A stretch of 64,000 nucleotides of DNA from Candidatus Sungiibacteriota bacterium (GCA_016201505.1 JACQCQ010000009.1:1991-65990); one strand, 5' to 3'. Numbered from the stretch's first letter, positions 37,959 through 46,457 are shown. Numbers and translations: made by a program. Notes: generated by a model from the letters alone, not told the origin.

Positions 37959-38551
37959 GGCTTCAGTCCTTTCAGCCAGCTCTTGTCAGCCGGCCCGAAG
38001 TTTTTCCCCGGGAGAATTTTCTCCCAGATGAGTTCATCGTTGAGTCCGGCGATGACGCGAACGAGTGCACCCTCGTTTCCCGTGAAGGAAAATGAGAGCG
38101 AACCATCCGCTTCAGTCTTGAGGTTCGACTGCTTGATTCCCGCGACCTCGACAGTCACGGGACAGTCACCGATCAGCTGATCATCCGCGTCCGCGGCGCT
38201 GATAAGAAGACGCCAGTTGCCCGGCTCGCCCGTGTCGCTCACGCGGAGCTTCGCGGGCTTCTTCTTTTCCCTCATCTTCGGGGTCTCGATCGTCTCACGC
38301 GCATGATCTTCCAAAGCTTCGCACTGCGCGGTGATGAGATAGTTCCCCGCGGCAAGACCCGACCATTTGTAATTTGCACGACCGTGGTCGCTTGTCCGCC
38401 TTTCCTCTTGCGCGGCGATGCCGTTCAAAAAAAAGGTGACACGCTTGTTGATGTCTGGTTGCCTGCGTTCTCTTACGAGAACAGTCGCTTCGACTGTCCC
38501 CATGTCACCTTCTTTATTGGCGACGGTTTTGAGACTTATCCAGTCCGCCAT
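37955..38551 (-). CDS. Hypothetical protein with two carboxypeptidase-regulatory-like (transthyretin-like beta-sandwich) repeats (GC-rich islet; first gene of the operon)
   Basis: SD AGGAGGA upstream; repeats VTFFLNG..SGLAAGNYLITAQ and VTVEVAG..TEADGSLSFSF. Confidence 0.45.
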   Translation of the reverse strand: MADWISLKTVANKEGDMGTVEATVLVRERRQPDINKRVTFFLNGIAAQEERRTSDHGRANYKWSGLAAGNYLITAQCEALEDHARETIETPKMREKKKPAKLRVSDTGEPGNWRLLISAADADDQLIGDCPVTVEVAGIKQSNLKTEADGSLSFSFTGNEGALVRVIAGLNDELIWEKILPGKNFGPADKSWLKGLKP

Positions 38552-38823
38552 TTTCCGATCCTCCTGCCGCGAATGCGGCGTCCACGTTCTCTACGTGGGT
38601 TAAGGTTAGATTCGTTTGCTTGCGCTCGTATCTATCGGAAAAGGCAGTTTTTGCCTTTTGTTAGTATATTCAGCTGTCAAACAGCCTTAGTTAAGCCAAA
38701 TTTCAGGCTCAACCAACTGGCCGCTATTTTAAACTATAATTATAGTAAAAGTCAACCGCTTGTCATGGTTCAATAGCTTGGCGATAATTTACCAAAATCT
38801 AACTCCCCGTACCTACCGATATC

Positions 38824-38851
38824 TCCCTATAGTACAATATAGGTATGAAGT
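38824..38851. repeat. Inverted-repeat motif copy (RC: attgtactatagggagatatcggtagg) left of the PaaX-like gene
   Basis: Pairs with 39415-39441. A third, near-identical copy lies at 48066-48098. Confidence 0.5.
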
Positions 38852-39393
38852 CTAAGATGGGGCCCATCCAAAGTTCATTGCTTGAGGCGTTGTCCGAACT
38901 CGGCACAATCACCTACGCGGTTTTGACATCGTCGAGGAACACAAAGCTCCTGCGGCGTAAACTCGGCGCGTATGGAGTACCCAATCCGGCATTTCGCCGT
39001 TCTCTGGAGAAACTTAAGGAACGCGGCTACGTGGAATTTAAAATTATCCAGGGGGAAGAATATTTGGTACTGTCGAAATCAGGCAAAGAAAAAATGAAGA
39101 GTAAGGAAGTGCTTGAATTAAAATTGCCTCGGCAGCCAAAGTGGGACAAGAAGTGGCGCGTCATACTGTTTGATATCCCCGAGCGTTTTAAAACGGCGAG
39201 GCGTGCACTCTCATTTCAATTGCGATCGATGGGGGCCGTTCCGTTTCAGAAAAGTGTCTTTGTCTTCCCCTACCATTGCAAAAAAGAAGTCGAGTTTGTG
39301 TCAAATTTTTTCGGCGTGGGGCCATACATTCGTTATATGGAAGCCAAGATTATGGGCGATGACGAATCTTTGCGAAAGCACTTTAACCTTTGA
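38845..39393 (+). CDS. PaaX-like regulator: winged-HTH N-domain plus Cas2/VapD-fold-like C-domain
   Basis: C-domain WRVILFDIPERFKTARRALSFQLRSMGAVPFQKSVFVFP follows the Cas2/PaaX pattern (hhhhYDI..RR..L...L...G.R.Q.SVF). Family assignment is from memory. Confidence 0.45.
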   Translation: MKSKMGPIQSSLLEALSELGTITYAVLTSSRNTKLLRRKLGAYGVPNPAFRRSLEKLKERGYVEFKIIQGEEYLVLSKSGKEKMKSKEVLELKLPRQPKWDKKWRVILFDIPERFKTARRALSFQLRSMGAVPFQKSVFVFPYHCKKEVEFVSNFFGVGPYIRYMEAKIMGDDESLRKHFNL

Positions 39394-39414
39394 CACAGCC
39401 GACACGACCGATAG

Positions 39415-39441
39415 CAAACTATAGGGAGATATAGGTCGGTT
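39415..39441. repeat. Inverted-repeat motif copy (aaactatagggagatataggtcgg) right of the PaaX-like gene
   Basis: Shares the 14-nt core actatagggagata in opposite orientation with 38826-38839. Confidence 0.5.
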
Positions 39442-39644
39442 GTGTCGATGGGCCAGAGTTTCAAATTTGATGCTAAGACGGTATGCTGACGGAGCGCCGA
39501 GATGGCGGAACCCAGCACCAAATTCCGAGATGAGAAAAACTTTCATATTGCCCGTGGTCATGTCTTTAATTCATCCTGATCTGATTTGCGGATAAATTTG
39601 TAGAATTGATGCTGGGCGAGCTGGTATATCTACCCCGTACCAAT

Positions 39645-39726
39645 GCCTCTGTGGCGGAACTGGAATACGCGCGCGGCTTAGAACCGCGTGGGGAAACCCT
39701 TACAGGTTCAAATCCTGTCAGAGGCA
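39645..39726 (+). tRNA. tRNA-Leu (anticodon TAG), embedded in an extended hairpin
   Basis: ggcggaactggaatacgcgc D-arm typical of tRNA-Leu, anticodon loop cTTAGaa, long variable arm, T-loop ttcaaat. Flanks ccccgtaccaat and attggtacgggg extend the acceptor stem by 12 bp. Confidence 0.85.
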
Positions 39727-39749
39727 TTGGTACGGGGCGCGTACGGCCT

Positions 39750-39797
39750 GTAACCATATCCCGAAGGTCTTGAGGGTTCGACTCCCTCTCTCGACAC
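39750..39797 (+). other. Orphan tRNA 3'-half-like fragment (T-arm gagggttcgactccctc plus acceptor-3' tctcgaca)
   Basis: Canonical T-arm and acceptor strand with no matching 5' half nearby. Confidence 0.35.
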
Positions 39798-39853
39798 AAA
39801 CTAAAGTGCCATTGGCTATTTGCGAGTTGCGGTTGGCTTAGTAAACTAAAAAT

Positions 39854-40315
39854 ATGGCAGACGAAAAAATATTTCCCAAATCAGAAAACGAAGTTTTCTC
39901 GCGTCACGAGGCGCGCAATCGCGCGATTGCCAAAAAGATCGCCGATTTGAAGTCAGAAAAATTCACGCGGCTGGATCGTGTGGCGTTATGGGTCAATCGC
40001 GCTATCGGCTCCTTCCGTTTTTTTATACTGCTGGCGCTGTGGACTGGCGGCTGGCTTTTATGGAACGCTTTCGCGCCGCCAGAATTTCGTTTTGATCCGT
40101 ATCCGGCATTTGTGCTTTGGCTTTTTATTTCCAATATGATTCAGCTGTTGTTCCTGCCGCTTTTGATGGTCGGCCAGGATTTGCAGGGGCGGCACGCCGA
40201 GCTCCGGGCTGAAATCGATTTTGAAATCAATCGGAGAGCCGAAGAAGAACTGCATGAAGTCTTGCGCCGGCTTGAACTGCAGCAAAGAGAAATTAAGCAG
40301 ATTCTCAAACAATAA
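39854..40315 (+). CDS. DUF1003-family membrane protein
   Basis: FDPYPAFVLWLFISNMIQLLFLPLLMVGQ block recalled as DUF1003; coiled-coil C-terminus. Confidence 0.55.
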   Translation: MADEKIFPKSENEVFSRHEARNRAIAKKIADLKSEKFTRLDRVALWVNRAIGSFRFFILLALWTGGWLLWNAFAPPEFRFDPYPAFVLWLFISNMIQLLFLPLLMVGQDLQGRHAELRAEIDFEINRRAEEELHEVLRRLELQQREIKQILKQ

Positions 40316-40378
40316 TCGAGTTGCGAAAGAAAGAACTTCGCGATACTATTTGTCAGGCATTAAAAATTATGAAATAGT

Positions 40379-40450
40379 GCCGGAGTAGCTCATCGGTAGA
40401 GCAGCACCATGGTAGGGTGTTGGCAGCGGGTTCAATTCCCGCCTCCGGCT
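40379..40450 (+). tRNA. tRNA-Thr (anticodon GGT)
   Basis: Acceptor gccggag/ctccggc, anticodon loop atGGTag, T-loop ttcaatt. Confidence 0.85.
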
Positions 40451-40495
40451 CCGTAGATTAGAAATTAAGCGATAGGAATTAGAAATTTAGTTGAT

Positions 40496-40657
40496 ATGCC
40501 CCAAGATAATCTTATTAGATTTCAGTGTTCACAATGTAAGCGCTATAACTATTGGGCGCATAAAAATGTTCGCAAAGTCGAACGCAAATTAGAGTTCAAA
40601 AAATTTTGTAAGTGGTGCCGGAAACACACGAAGCATACGCAGGCGAGGAAAACTTAA
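40496..40657 (+). CDS. rpmG: 50S ribosomal protein L33 (zinc-ribbon form); 53 aa, below the ORF-track cutoff
   Basis: MPQDNLIRFQCSQCKRYNYWAHKNVRKVERKLEFKKFCKWCRKHTKHTQARKT with CxxC...CxxC. Followed by the hairpin cttaatcc-ttaa-ggattaag. Confidence 0.7.
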   Translation: MPQDNLIRFQCSQCKRYNYWAHKNVRKVERKLEFKKFCKWCRKHTKHTQARKT

Positions 40658-40708
40658 TCCTTAAGGATTAAGTTTTGCAAATAGCCTGCGGCTGATAGTA
40701 TGTAGCTA

Positions 40709-41062
40709 ATGTTTCGGTTTGAAAATTTGGAGATTTGGAATTTTGCGATCGGATTCGCAAAATCAATCTATGGAGTTACTGAGAAGTTCCCGCAAATTGA
40801 ACAATTCACTCTTGGTGACCAATTGAGACGTGCATCGGTCTCGGTATCGGCTAATATTGCTGAAGGCAGTGGAAGTTCGACCAATAAAGATTTCCAAAAT
40901 TTTTTGTCCATTGCCGCCAAATCTTTATTTGAAGTTGTCAGTTTATTGAAAATTGCTGAGCAAAATGGCTATATGAGTGAATCAGAGTATAACGATACAT
41001 ATCAGACAGCCGAAAACCTTGCGAAGAAAATCTACGCTTTCAGGAACGCTATCAGCAATTAG
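40709..41062 (+). CDS. Four-helix-bundle protein (the family often encoded in 23S rRNA intervening sequences)
   Basis: FENLEIW..A, SANIAEG and LSIAAKSLFEV motifs typical of the TIGR02436-like family. Confidence 0.7.
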   Translation: MFRFENLEIWNFAIGFAKSIYGVTEKFPQIEQFTLGDQLRRASVSVSANIAEGSGSSTNKDFQNFLSIAAKSLFEVVSLLKIAEQNGYMSESEYNDTYQTAENLAKKIYAFRNAISN

Positions 41063-41085
41063 CTATAAGCCATTTGCATAAGCAT

Positions 41086-41156
41086 GGGGAATTGGTGAAG
41101 TGGTATCACAAGGGCCTCCAAATCCCTTGTCGGGGGTTCGATTCCCTCATTCCCCG
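41086..41156 (+). tRNA. tRNA-Trp (anticodon CCA)
   Basis: Anticodon loop ctCCAaa, acceptor ggggaat/attcccc, T-loop ttcgatt. Confidence 0.8.
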
Positions 41157-41176
41157 CAGGATTTGACCTACGTAGG

Positions 41177-42148
41177 CTACTGGTTCACGATCAGGGCCTC
41201 GCGATCATGCTGGTCCAGGAAATTGGCCATGGCATCGGCGACTGCCTTTCTTGCGGGCGACATATCGGCGGTAATCGGCGAGGGGATGAGACCGTGCGCG
41301 GCATTTTTTACCAGCCTGAACTCGGTCGGAACACCAACTTTTTCTAACGCATTGAACAGGTTTTGAGATTCAGACCAGGGCACGGTCGAATCTTTATCGC
41401 CATGAAAGAAGGCGATCGCGGGGCTTTGCGGCCCAACATACGAAATGGGACTTGCCTGTTGTAATGTCGGAATAGCGGCGGGGTCGCCAGTTCGGTAGCC
41501 AAAAACTCTAGGCATGGGGTCGTCGTTTTGGTTGTGGAAAAAATATGATTGAGTCAGATCAGTTGGGCCGAAGTAGCTGACGACGGCTTTGACTTGGCTT
41601 GAGACGCCCGCGTATCCACCGTTTCCCTCAAGCCCCGCCTCGGGCCCCGCGAGGCCGAGCATCAACGCAATATGCGCGCCGGCGCTCGCGCCAAAAACGG
41701 CGATACGATTAGGGTCGATGCCATATGATGCGGCATTGGCGCGGATATGGCGCACCGCGCATTTGGCATCTTCCATAAATGCCGGCCATTTGTTCTCCGG
41801 CGCCAGCCGATAATTGATTGCGGCTACAAAATATCCGCGCTCGATCAGGACTGCTTTTTCAGGCAAGAGATCAATGGCCAGTTTATCGCCCGTCCGCCAG
41901 CCGCCGCCATGAATAAAAATGACGACGGGCTTTAGTGCTTTTGACCCATCGAGCGGCGTGTAGGTATCCATCTTGAGATCCTGTCCGCCGCCGGTGCAGT
42001 AGACGATGTTATAGGTTGATTTAATACGGCCGCCGCCCGCCACAGGCAGTTTTCGCCAAACCCAAAATGAGGCCAGAGCTAAGCCGATGATGAAAAGAAT
42101 CAGCGCCGAAAACATCAAGCTGTGAGATTTAAAATATTCGCCGGTCAT
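41177..42148 (-). CDS. Alpha/beta-hydrolase-fold esterase/lipase
   Basis: HGGGW oxyanion motif, GASAGAH nucleophile elbow, N-terminal TM anchor. Confidence 0.8.
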   Translation of the reverse strand: MTGEYFKSHSLMFSALILFIIGLALASFWVWRKLPVAGGGRIKSTYNIVYCTGGGQDLKMDTYTPLDGSKALKPVVIFIHGGGWRTGDKLAIDLLPEKAVLIERGYFVAAINYRLAPENKWPAFMEDAKCAVRHIRANAASYGIDPNRIAVFGASAGAHIALMLGLAGPEAGLEGNGGYAGVSSQVKAVVSYFGPTDLTQSYFFHNQNDDPMPRVFGYRTGDPAAIPTLQQASPISYVGPQSPAIAFFHGDKDSTVPWSESQNLFNALEKVGVPTEFRLVKNAAHGLIPSPITADMSPARKAVADAMANFLDQHDREALIVNQ

Positions 42149-42290
42149 ATCTATCTAAAATGGTGGCGGGGGAGCGGCGAGGTGTCAACCCGTTTTGCTT
42201 CATCAGCCGATAGAAAATAGGCAGTTGCCATTTTTTACTCCGGAGTTATACTAGAAATCGTCGAAATTAATATTAATATTGTTCTCATCT

Positions 42291-42731
42291 ATGGATAAAG
42301 CAAAAATCATATCAGCTGTTTCACTTGGCGCTTTGCTCTTGGGTATAGTGCCGGCACTCGCCCAAACAGGAACCACGACACCGCCCACAAATTCAGCAGC
42401 GATCGCCTGCCTTGCGGCGGCTGTCAGCACTCGTGAAAAAGCACTTGGCGCCGGAGTCGGCACCTATACCGGAGCGATCAACGCCGCCTACACGGCGCGC
42501 GCCTCGGCACTCGCCTCGGCCTATGCCCAAACCGGAGGCAATACTGCCATCCGCACGGCGGTGCGTGCCGCCTGGAGCGCCTTCAATAAATCCATGCGCA
42601 GCGCCCGCCAGACCTGGAATTCTACGCGTCTTTCGGCCTGGTCCCAATTCCGCACGGCCGCCAAAGCCTGCAGAGCGCCATCGTCGGTCAGCGACTCGGC
42701 GAATGCGGCCAGCGAAGTCTCGGGTCAGTAA
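42291..42731 (+). CDS. Hypothetical Ala-rich secreted protein
   Basis: Signal peptide ending ALAQ; low-complexity Ala-rich helical repeats. Confidence 0.4.
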   Translation: MDKAKIISAVSLGALLLGIVPALAQTGTTTPPTNSAAIACLAAAVSTREKALGAGVGTYTGAINAAYTARASALASAYAQTGGNTAIRTAVRAAWSAFNKSMRSARQTWNSTRLSAWSQFRTAAKACRAPSSVSDSANAASEVSGQ

Positions 42732-42743
42732 AGTTAAATCCAA

Positions 42744-42783
42744 CCAAAACAAAAGCGGCATTCCAGCGCCGCTTTTGTTTTGG
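42744..42783 (+). terminator. Rho-independent terminator
   Basis: ccaaaacaaaagcggc/gccgcttttgttttgg 16-bp stem. Confidence 0.6.
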
Positions 42784-42810
42784 TCGGCTTCGGGGTAAGG
42801 TGGAAAAATC

Positions 42811-43908
42811 ATGGAATCGGAGTTCGGCCATCCCAAAACCCCGCCTCGTGCGCCGCTTTTTTGGTTTTGGGTTATAACCAGCGCCATGGGCGTAATTTTG
42901 ATGCTGGGGTTTGGCTGGCTCGTCTACGAAGTTTATCTGCCACACACGTCATTTTTCGGCGAGAAGAAAATTGTGATACCGGCAAGTTACGGCTCACGCC
43001 TGATCGGCGATCTTTTAAAACAAGGAGGTTTTATCGGCTCTAAATGGGCTTTTGTAACCTATGCCACGTTTAAAAATCAAGCTTCAAGTTTAAAGCCGGG
43101 GACATACTCTTTCTCGGAAAACTCGACAATGATTGAGATTTTGCATAATCTCGTCGTCGGCGAGCCGTATGCCAACGAGCGCTTTGTCGTTATTCCCGAG
43201 GGCTGGAATCTTGGCGACATCGGCCATTATTTAGAGACAGAGAATATTGTCGCATCCAAAGAATTTTGGCGCGTCGCCGGATATCCCGCCAAGGATTACA
43301 CTTTTGCGCTGGCCTCATCCAGACCAGAAGATTTTAGCCGAGACTTTCCCTTCCTGGTTGGTAAAAATAATGGCACGGGACTCGAGGGCTACTTGTTTCC
43401 CGATACCTATCGCGTCTATCGGAACGCCACGGCTGAAGATATTGCCAAAAAAATGCTGGCCAATTTTAAAACCAAGGTGATTGGCGCCTACGGCGATGAA
43501 GTCTTGGGCCAAAATAAAAAACTGGCCGATATTATTACGGTTGCCTCATTAGTTGAAAAAGAAGTCAGGCAAGACAATGACCGTGCGGTTGTGGCGGGAA
43601 TATTATGGAAACGGCTTAGCGCAGGCTTGCCTCTGCAAGTCGACGCAAGCTTAATTTATATTCGCGGCGTAAGTGGCGCGCCGATCACCGCACGCGACAA
43701 AGAGAGCCTTTCCCGATTTAATACCTATCGCTATCCGGGCCTGCCGCTCGGCCCGATTTCGAATCCGGGAATTTCAGCCATCACCGCGGCACTGCATCCG
43801 AACAATTCGCCCTATCTCTATTATCTTTCCGCGCCCGACGGAACGACGATATTTTCCAAGACTCTAGCCGAGCATAATGCGGCCAAAGCGAAGTTTCTCG
43901 GCAAATAG
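42811..43908 (+). CDS. mltG: Endolytic murein transglycosylase MltG (YceG family)
   Basis: N-terminal TM anchor, YceG-like blocks (LVEKEV, LQVDASLIY, YNTYRYPGLP). Confidence 0.8.
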   Translation: MESEFGHPKTPPRAPLFWFWVITSAMGVILMLGFGWLVYEVYLPHTSFFGEKKIVIPASYGSRLIGDLLKQGGFIGSKWAFVTYATFKNQASSLKPGTYSFSENSTMIEILHNLVVGEPYANERFVVIPEGWNLGDIGHYLETENIVASKEFWRVAGYPAKDYTFALASSRPEDFSRDFPFLVGKNNGTGLEGYLFPDTYRVYRNATAEDIAKKMLANFKTKVIGAYGDEVLGQNKKLADIITVASLVEKEVRQDNDRAVVAGILWKRLSAGLPLQVDASLIYIRGVSGAPITARDKESLSRFNTYRYPGLPLGPISNPGISAITAALHPNNSPYLYYLSAPDGTTIFSKTLAEHNAAKAKFLGK

Positions 43909-44091
43909 CAAAAAGCCAATAGCCAATAGTTTTGAACCGAAAATCCTTCCGCCTCGGCGGAAGGATTTTCGGTTTTCCTGCTCAGTTTAAGTGAGCCGCT
44001 TCTAAATTTTTTATCGGGTTGGCCGTGGGGACATTTTAGCCCGAAGGCTTTCAGAATAGGGGCGTAAAAAATTTGAAGACGCGAGTGCTCT

Positions 44092-44499
44092 CTACATACC
44101 TGACGACATAGGCATTGAAGCCATGGCGGGCTTTTTCATGGCCGCCCAGAGCGCCCAGGCGCCGACAACCAAGTGCAGAAAGGTGTCTGCCGGATTCTCA
44201 AGGTTGGCACCTAAGAAGTTGCTTGAGTAGACGAGGCTATAAAGGCCTACGAGTACGCCGATGACGCCAAGCAATAGCACTAATGGCTTTTGCAGTGATG
44301 CGGGAAAGGCGAATGCCGCAATCAGGCCCACGACTCCCAAGACCAAGTGCGCCCAGTTTTCTCCGTTATCAAACCACCAGGTAGCGCCGAAGATGCTCCC
44401 ATCAGGCGAGGGGCCGATAACGCCCATAAAACCAAGGATGGCGACCAGGACGAGCACAATACCGCCGATAGTTAGAAATCCTTTTGGAGTTAAGATCAT
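44092..44499 (-). CDS. Hypothetical small membrane protein
   Basis: Four TM helices, Gly-rich. Confidence 0.45.
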   Translation of the reverse strand: MILTPKGFLTIGGIVLVLVAILGFMGVIGPSPDGSIFGATWWFDNGENWAHLVLGVVGLIAAFAFPASLQKPLVLLLGVIGVLVGLYSLVYSSNFLGANLENPADTFLHLVVGAWALWAAMKKPAMASMPMSSGM

Positions 44500-44504
44500 T
44501 TAGA

Positions 44505-44570
44505 ATGACTACCGACTACCGCCCACAGTCTACGGCACTAGGCGTAGTCTGTAGTCAGTCGACTGTAGAC
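44505..44570. repeat. Leader-repeat family copy upstream of the 44499 start
   Basis: gactaccgactaccgcccacagtctacggcactaggcgtagtctgtagtcagtcgactgtagac. Confidence 0.5.
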
Positions 44571-44796
44571 ATTATAAAAAAACGAGCTCGACCTTTTAAC
44601 CCCGTTAGAAAAATACCTTGTGCTTCAGCTTAAAACTTAAATGCGAAGCTCTAACGGGGTGAACTGAACTTTAGTATAGCATTGTCGTTTATAGGCTCAA
44701 GAGTTTTAGCGGTTTATTTTTCGACGCGATTATTGACATATGCATATTTATATGATATAAGACATGAAGATTTGATCATTCTAGTTTCTTGGGGGT

Positions 44797-45129
44797 GTGT
44801 CCATGGGATTCGTCCTCGTCTCCATCGCACTCGTCGTTCTCGCTCTCGGCATCATCTACTACCTCCGCCAGCCGAAGCCCGAGCCGCCCTCCCCCGCCGT
44901 GACGAGCCTGGCGCCTATCCGTCTCGCGAAGACCGATGCGGTCGGGCAGCTCAACGGGCACCCGACGGGCGCCCGGCGCGGCGACCTGAAGGGTCAGCTC
45001 GTCGCCTTCCGTGCTTCGCGCGGAAGGCGCGCCTTCGGCGTCGTGGAGCGCGGCCGGTACCGGCTCCGCGTCCGTCAGCCGGACGGTTCTCGTCGCCACC
45101 CCTGGCGGCGGGACGTCACCGTCGTCTAG
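44797..45129 (+). CDS. Hypothetical protein (GC-rich islet)
   Basis: GC-rich 110-aa ORF with an N-terminal TM helix. Competing antisense ORFs make the call uncertain. Confidence 0.3.
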   Translation: MSMGFVLVSIALVVLALGIIYYLRQPKPEPPSPAVTSLAPIRLAKTDAVGQLNGHPTGARRGDLKGQLVAFRASRGRRAFGVVERGRYRLRVRQPDGSRRHPWRRDVTVV

Positions 45130-45409
45130 TTTCGTCCCCATGCGGGGCGGCGCGTAACGCGCCGCCCCGCTCTTCATTTTCGCCCGATTGTTGACAGGCG
45201 GTTATCGCCTTCCTATACTTCTCATGCAATCGCTTCAGAGACAGCAGGCAGGCTAGGTAATAGAAAATAGGCAATGGGGAATAGCGGTAACTGCGTACCC
45301 ATTGCCTGTTCCCCAGTCCCTATTCCCTAGCCGTAAGTCCCGCCGAGAGGCATATTCTCTTCCCTTCTTAGGGAATCTCTGTGGCCCTTGGGGTCATTTT
45401 ATTGTAAAA

Positions 45410-45477
45410 GTCTACAGTCTACTGGCTACAGACTACGGCGCATTGAAGCTGTAGTCGGTAGACGGTAGTCGGTAGCC
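45410..45477 (+). repeat. Leader-repeat family copy immediately upstream of rplJ (~90% identical to 46010-46077)
   Basis: tctacagtctactggctacagactacggcgcattgaagctgtagtcggtagacggtagtcggtagcc. Confidence 0.6.
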
Positions 45478-45483
45478 AAAGCA

Positions 45484-46005
45484 GTGTTAACCAAAGTCGA
45501 AAAAGGAAAAATTGTGGAGGAGTTAAAAGAAAAGATTGCCAAACAACGTGTGGCGATTTTCTCCAACTTCCATGGCTTGTCGGTAACGAAACAGCAAGAA
45601 CTGCGGCGCAGCCTTAAAAAAGAAAATGCCGAATACAAGGTGGCGAAAAAAACGCTGATCAGCCGGGCCTTTGAATCCGCTAAAATTCCCTTTGTGCATA
45701 AAGATTTTAAGGGAGAACTGTCCGTCATTTTTGGATACGGCGATGAGGCGAGTCCGGCGAAGTCGCTTTTTAAATTTGGCAGAAAAAATCCTGATGCCAT
45801 CTCCATCGTAGGCGGCATTTTGGGTTCACGCGCGCTTTCCAAAGATGAAGTCGTTTCGCTCGCAAAATTGCCGTCGCGAGAGGAACTCTTGGGCCAAGTG
45901 GCCCGTGCAATTTCCGCTCCGATCCGGGGGTTCCTGAACGTACTAAACGGTAATCAGCGAAAGCTCGTTCTTGCACTTTCGGAAATTGCCAGAAAGAAAT
46001 CATAA
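45484..46005 (+). CDS. rplJ: 50S ribosomal protein L10
   Basis: L10 N-terminal pattern (KVEKGKIVEELKEKIAKQRVAIFSNFHGLSV); GTG start. Confidence 0.85.
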   Translation: MLTKVEKGKIVEELKEKIAKQRVAIFSNFHGLSVTKQQELRRSLKKENAEYKVAKKTLISRAFESAKIPFVHKDFKGELSVIFGYGDEASPAKSLFKFGRKNPDAISIVGGILGSRALSKDEVVSLAKLPSREELLGQVARAISAPIRGFLNVLNGNQRKLVLALSEIARKKS

Positions 46006-46009
46006 AATA

Positions 46010-46077
46010 GTTTACAGTCTACTGGCTACAGACTACGGCATATTGAAGCGGTAGTCGGCGGACGGTAGTCAGTAGTC
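46010..46077 (+). repeat. Leader-repeat family copy immediately upstream of rplL
   Basis: tttacagtctactggctacagactacggcatattgaagcggtagtcggcggacggtagtcagtagtc. Confidence 0.6.
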
Positions 46078-46085
46078 ATAAATCA

Positions 46086-46457
46086 ATGAAAGACATATTA
46101 GAAAAAATTGAGAAGATGACGGCGCTTGAATTATCGGAACTGGTGAAAGCGCTGGAAGAAAAATTCGGCGTCTCGGCTTCGATGCCGATGATGGCGGCCG
46201 CGGCTCCTGCGGGTGAAGAAGATGAGAGTCCGGCCAAAGAAGAAAAATCCACCTTCACGGTTGAACTAAAATCAGCTGGCGGTCAGAAGATCGCCGTCAT
46301 TAAAGCGCTTCGCGAGATCATGGGGCTGGGACTCGCCGAAGCCAAAGGCGTGGCCGATGCCGCGCCGAAAGTTGTGAAAGAAGGCGTAGCCAAAGCCGAG
46401 GCCGAGGAAATAAAGAAGAAGCTGGAAGAGGCCGGCGCGACTGTGGAACTAAAATAG
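46086..46457 (+). CDS. rplL: 50S ribosomal protein L7/L12
   Basis: Ala/Glu-rich hinge and C-terminal domain ([39 protein letters not shown]). Confidence 0.9.
   Translation: MKDILEKIEKMTALELSELVKALEEKFGVSASMPMMAAAAPAGEEDESPAKEEKSTFTVELKSAGGQKIAVIKALREIMGLGLAEAKGVADAAPKVVKEGVAKAEAEEIKKKLEEAGATVELK

Noticed and set aside
38826-38839. T7-promoter-like core ACTATAGGGAGA in the repeated motif
   Set aside because: A 12-nt identity can arise by chance, and no single-subunit RNA polymerase gene is present in the window; recorded as a curiosity inside another finding only.
39566-39799. Minus-strand 77-aa ORF
   Set aside because: Overlaps tRNA-Leu and the tRNA-like fragment; the ESNP-type peptide is the usual translation of a tRNA complement.
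41100-41366. Plus-strand 88-aa ORF
   Set aside because: Begins inside tRNA-Trp and runs antisense through the esterase gene.
44682-45194. 170-aa Arg-rich ORF and antisense 44776..45177
   Set aside because: Competing GC-rich frames, neither with a start context. Only 44797..45129 has a plausible TM segment, and it was kept at low confidence.
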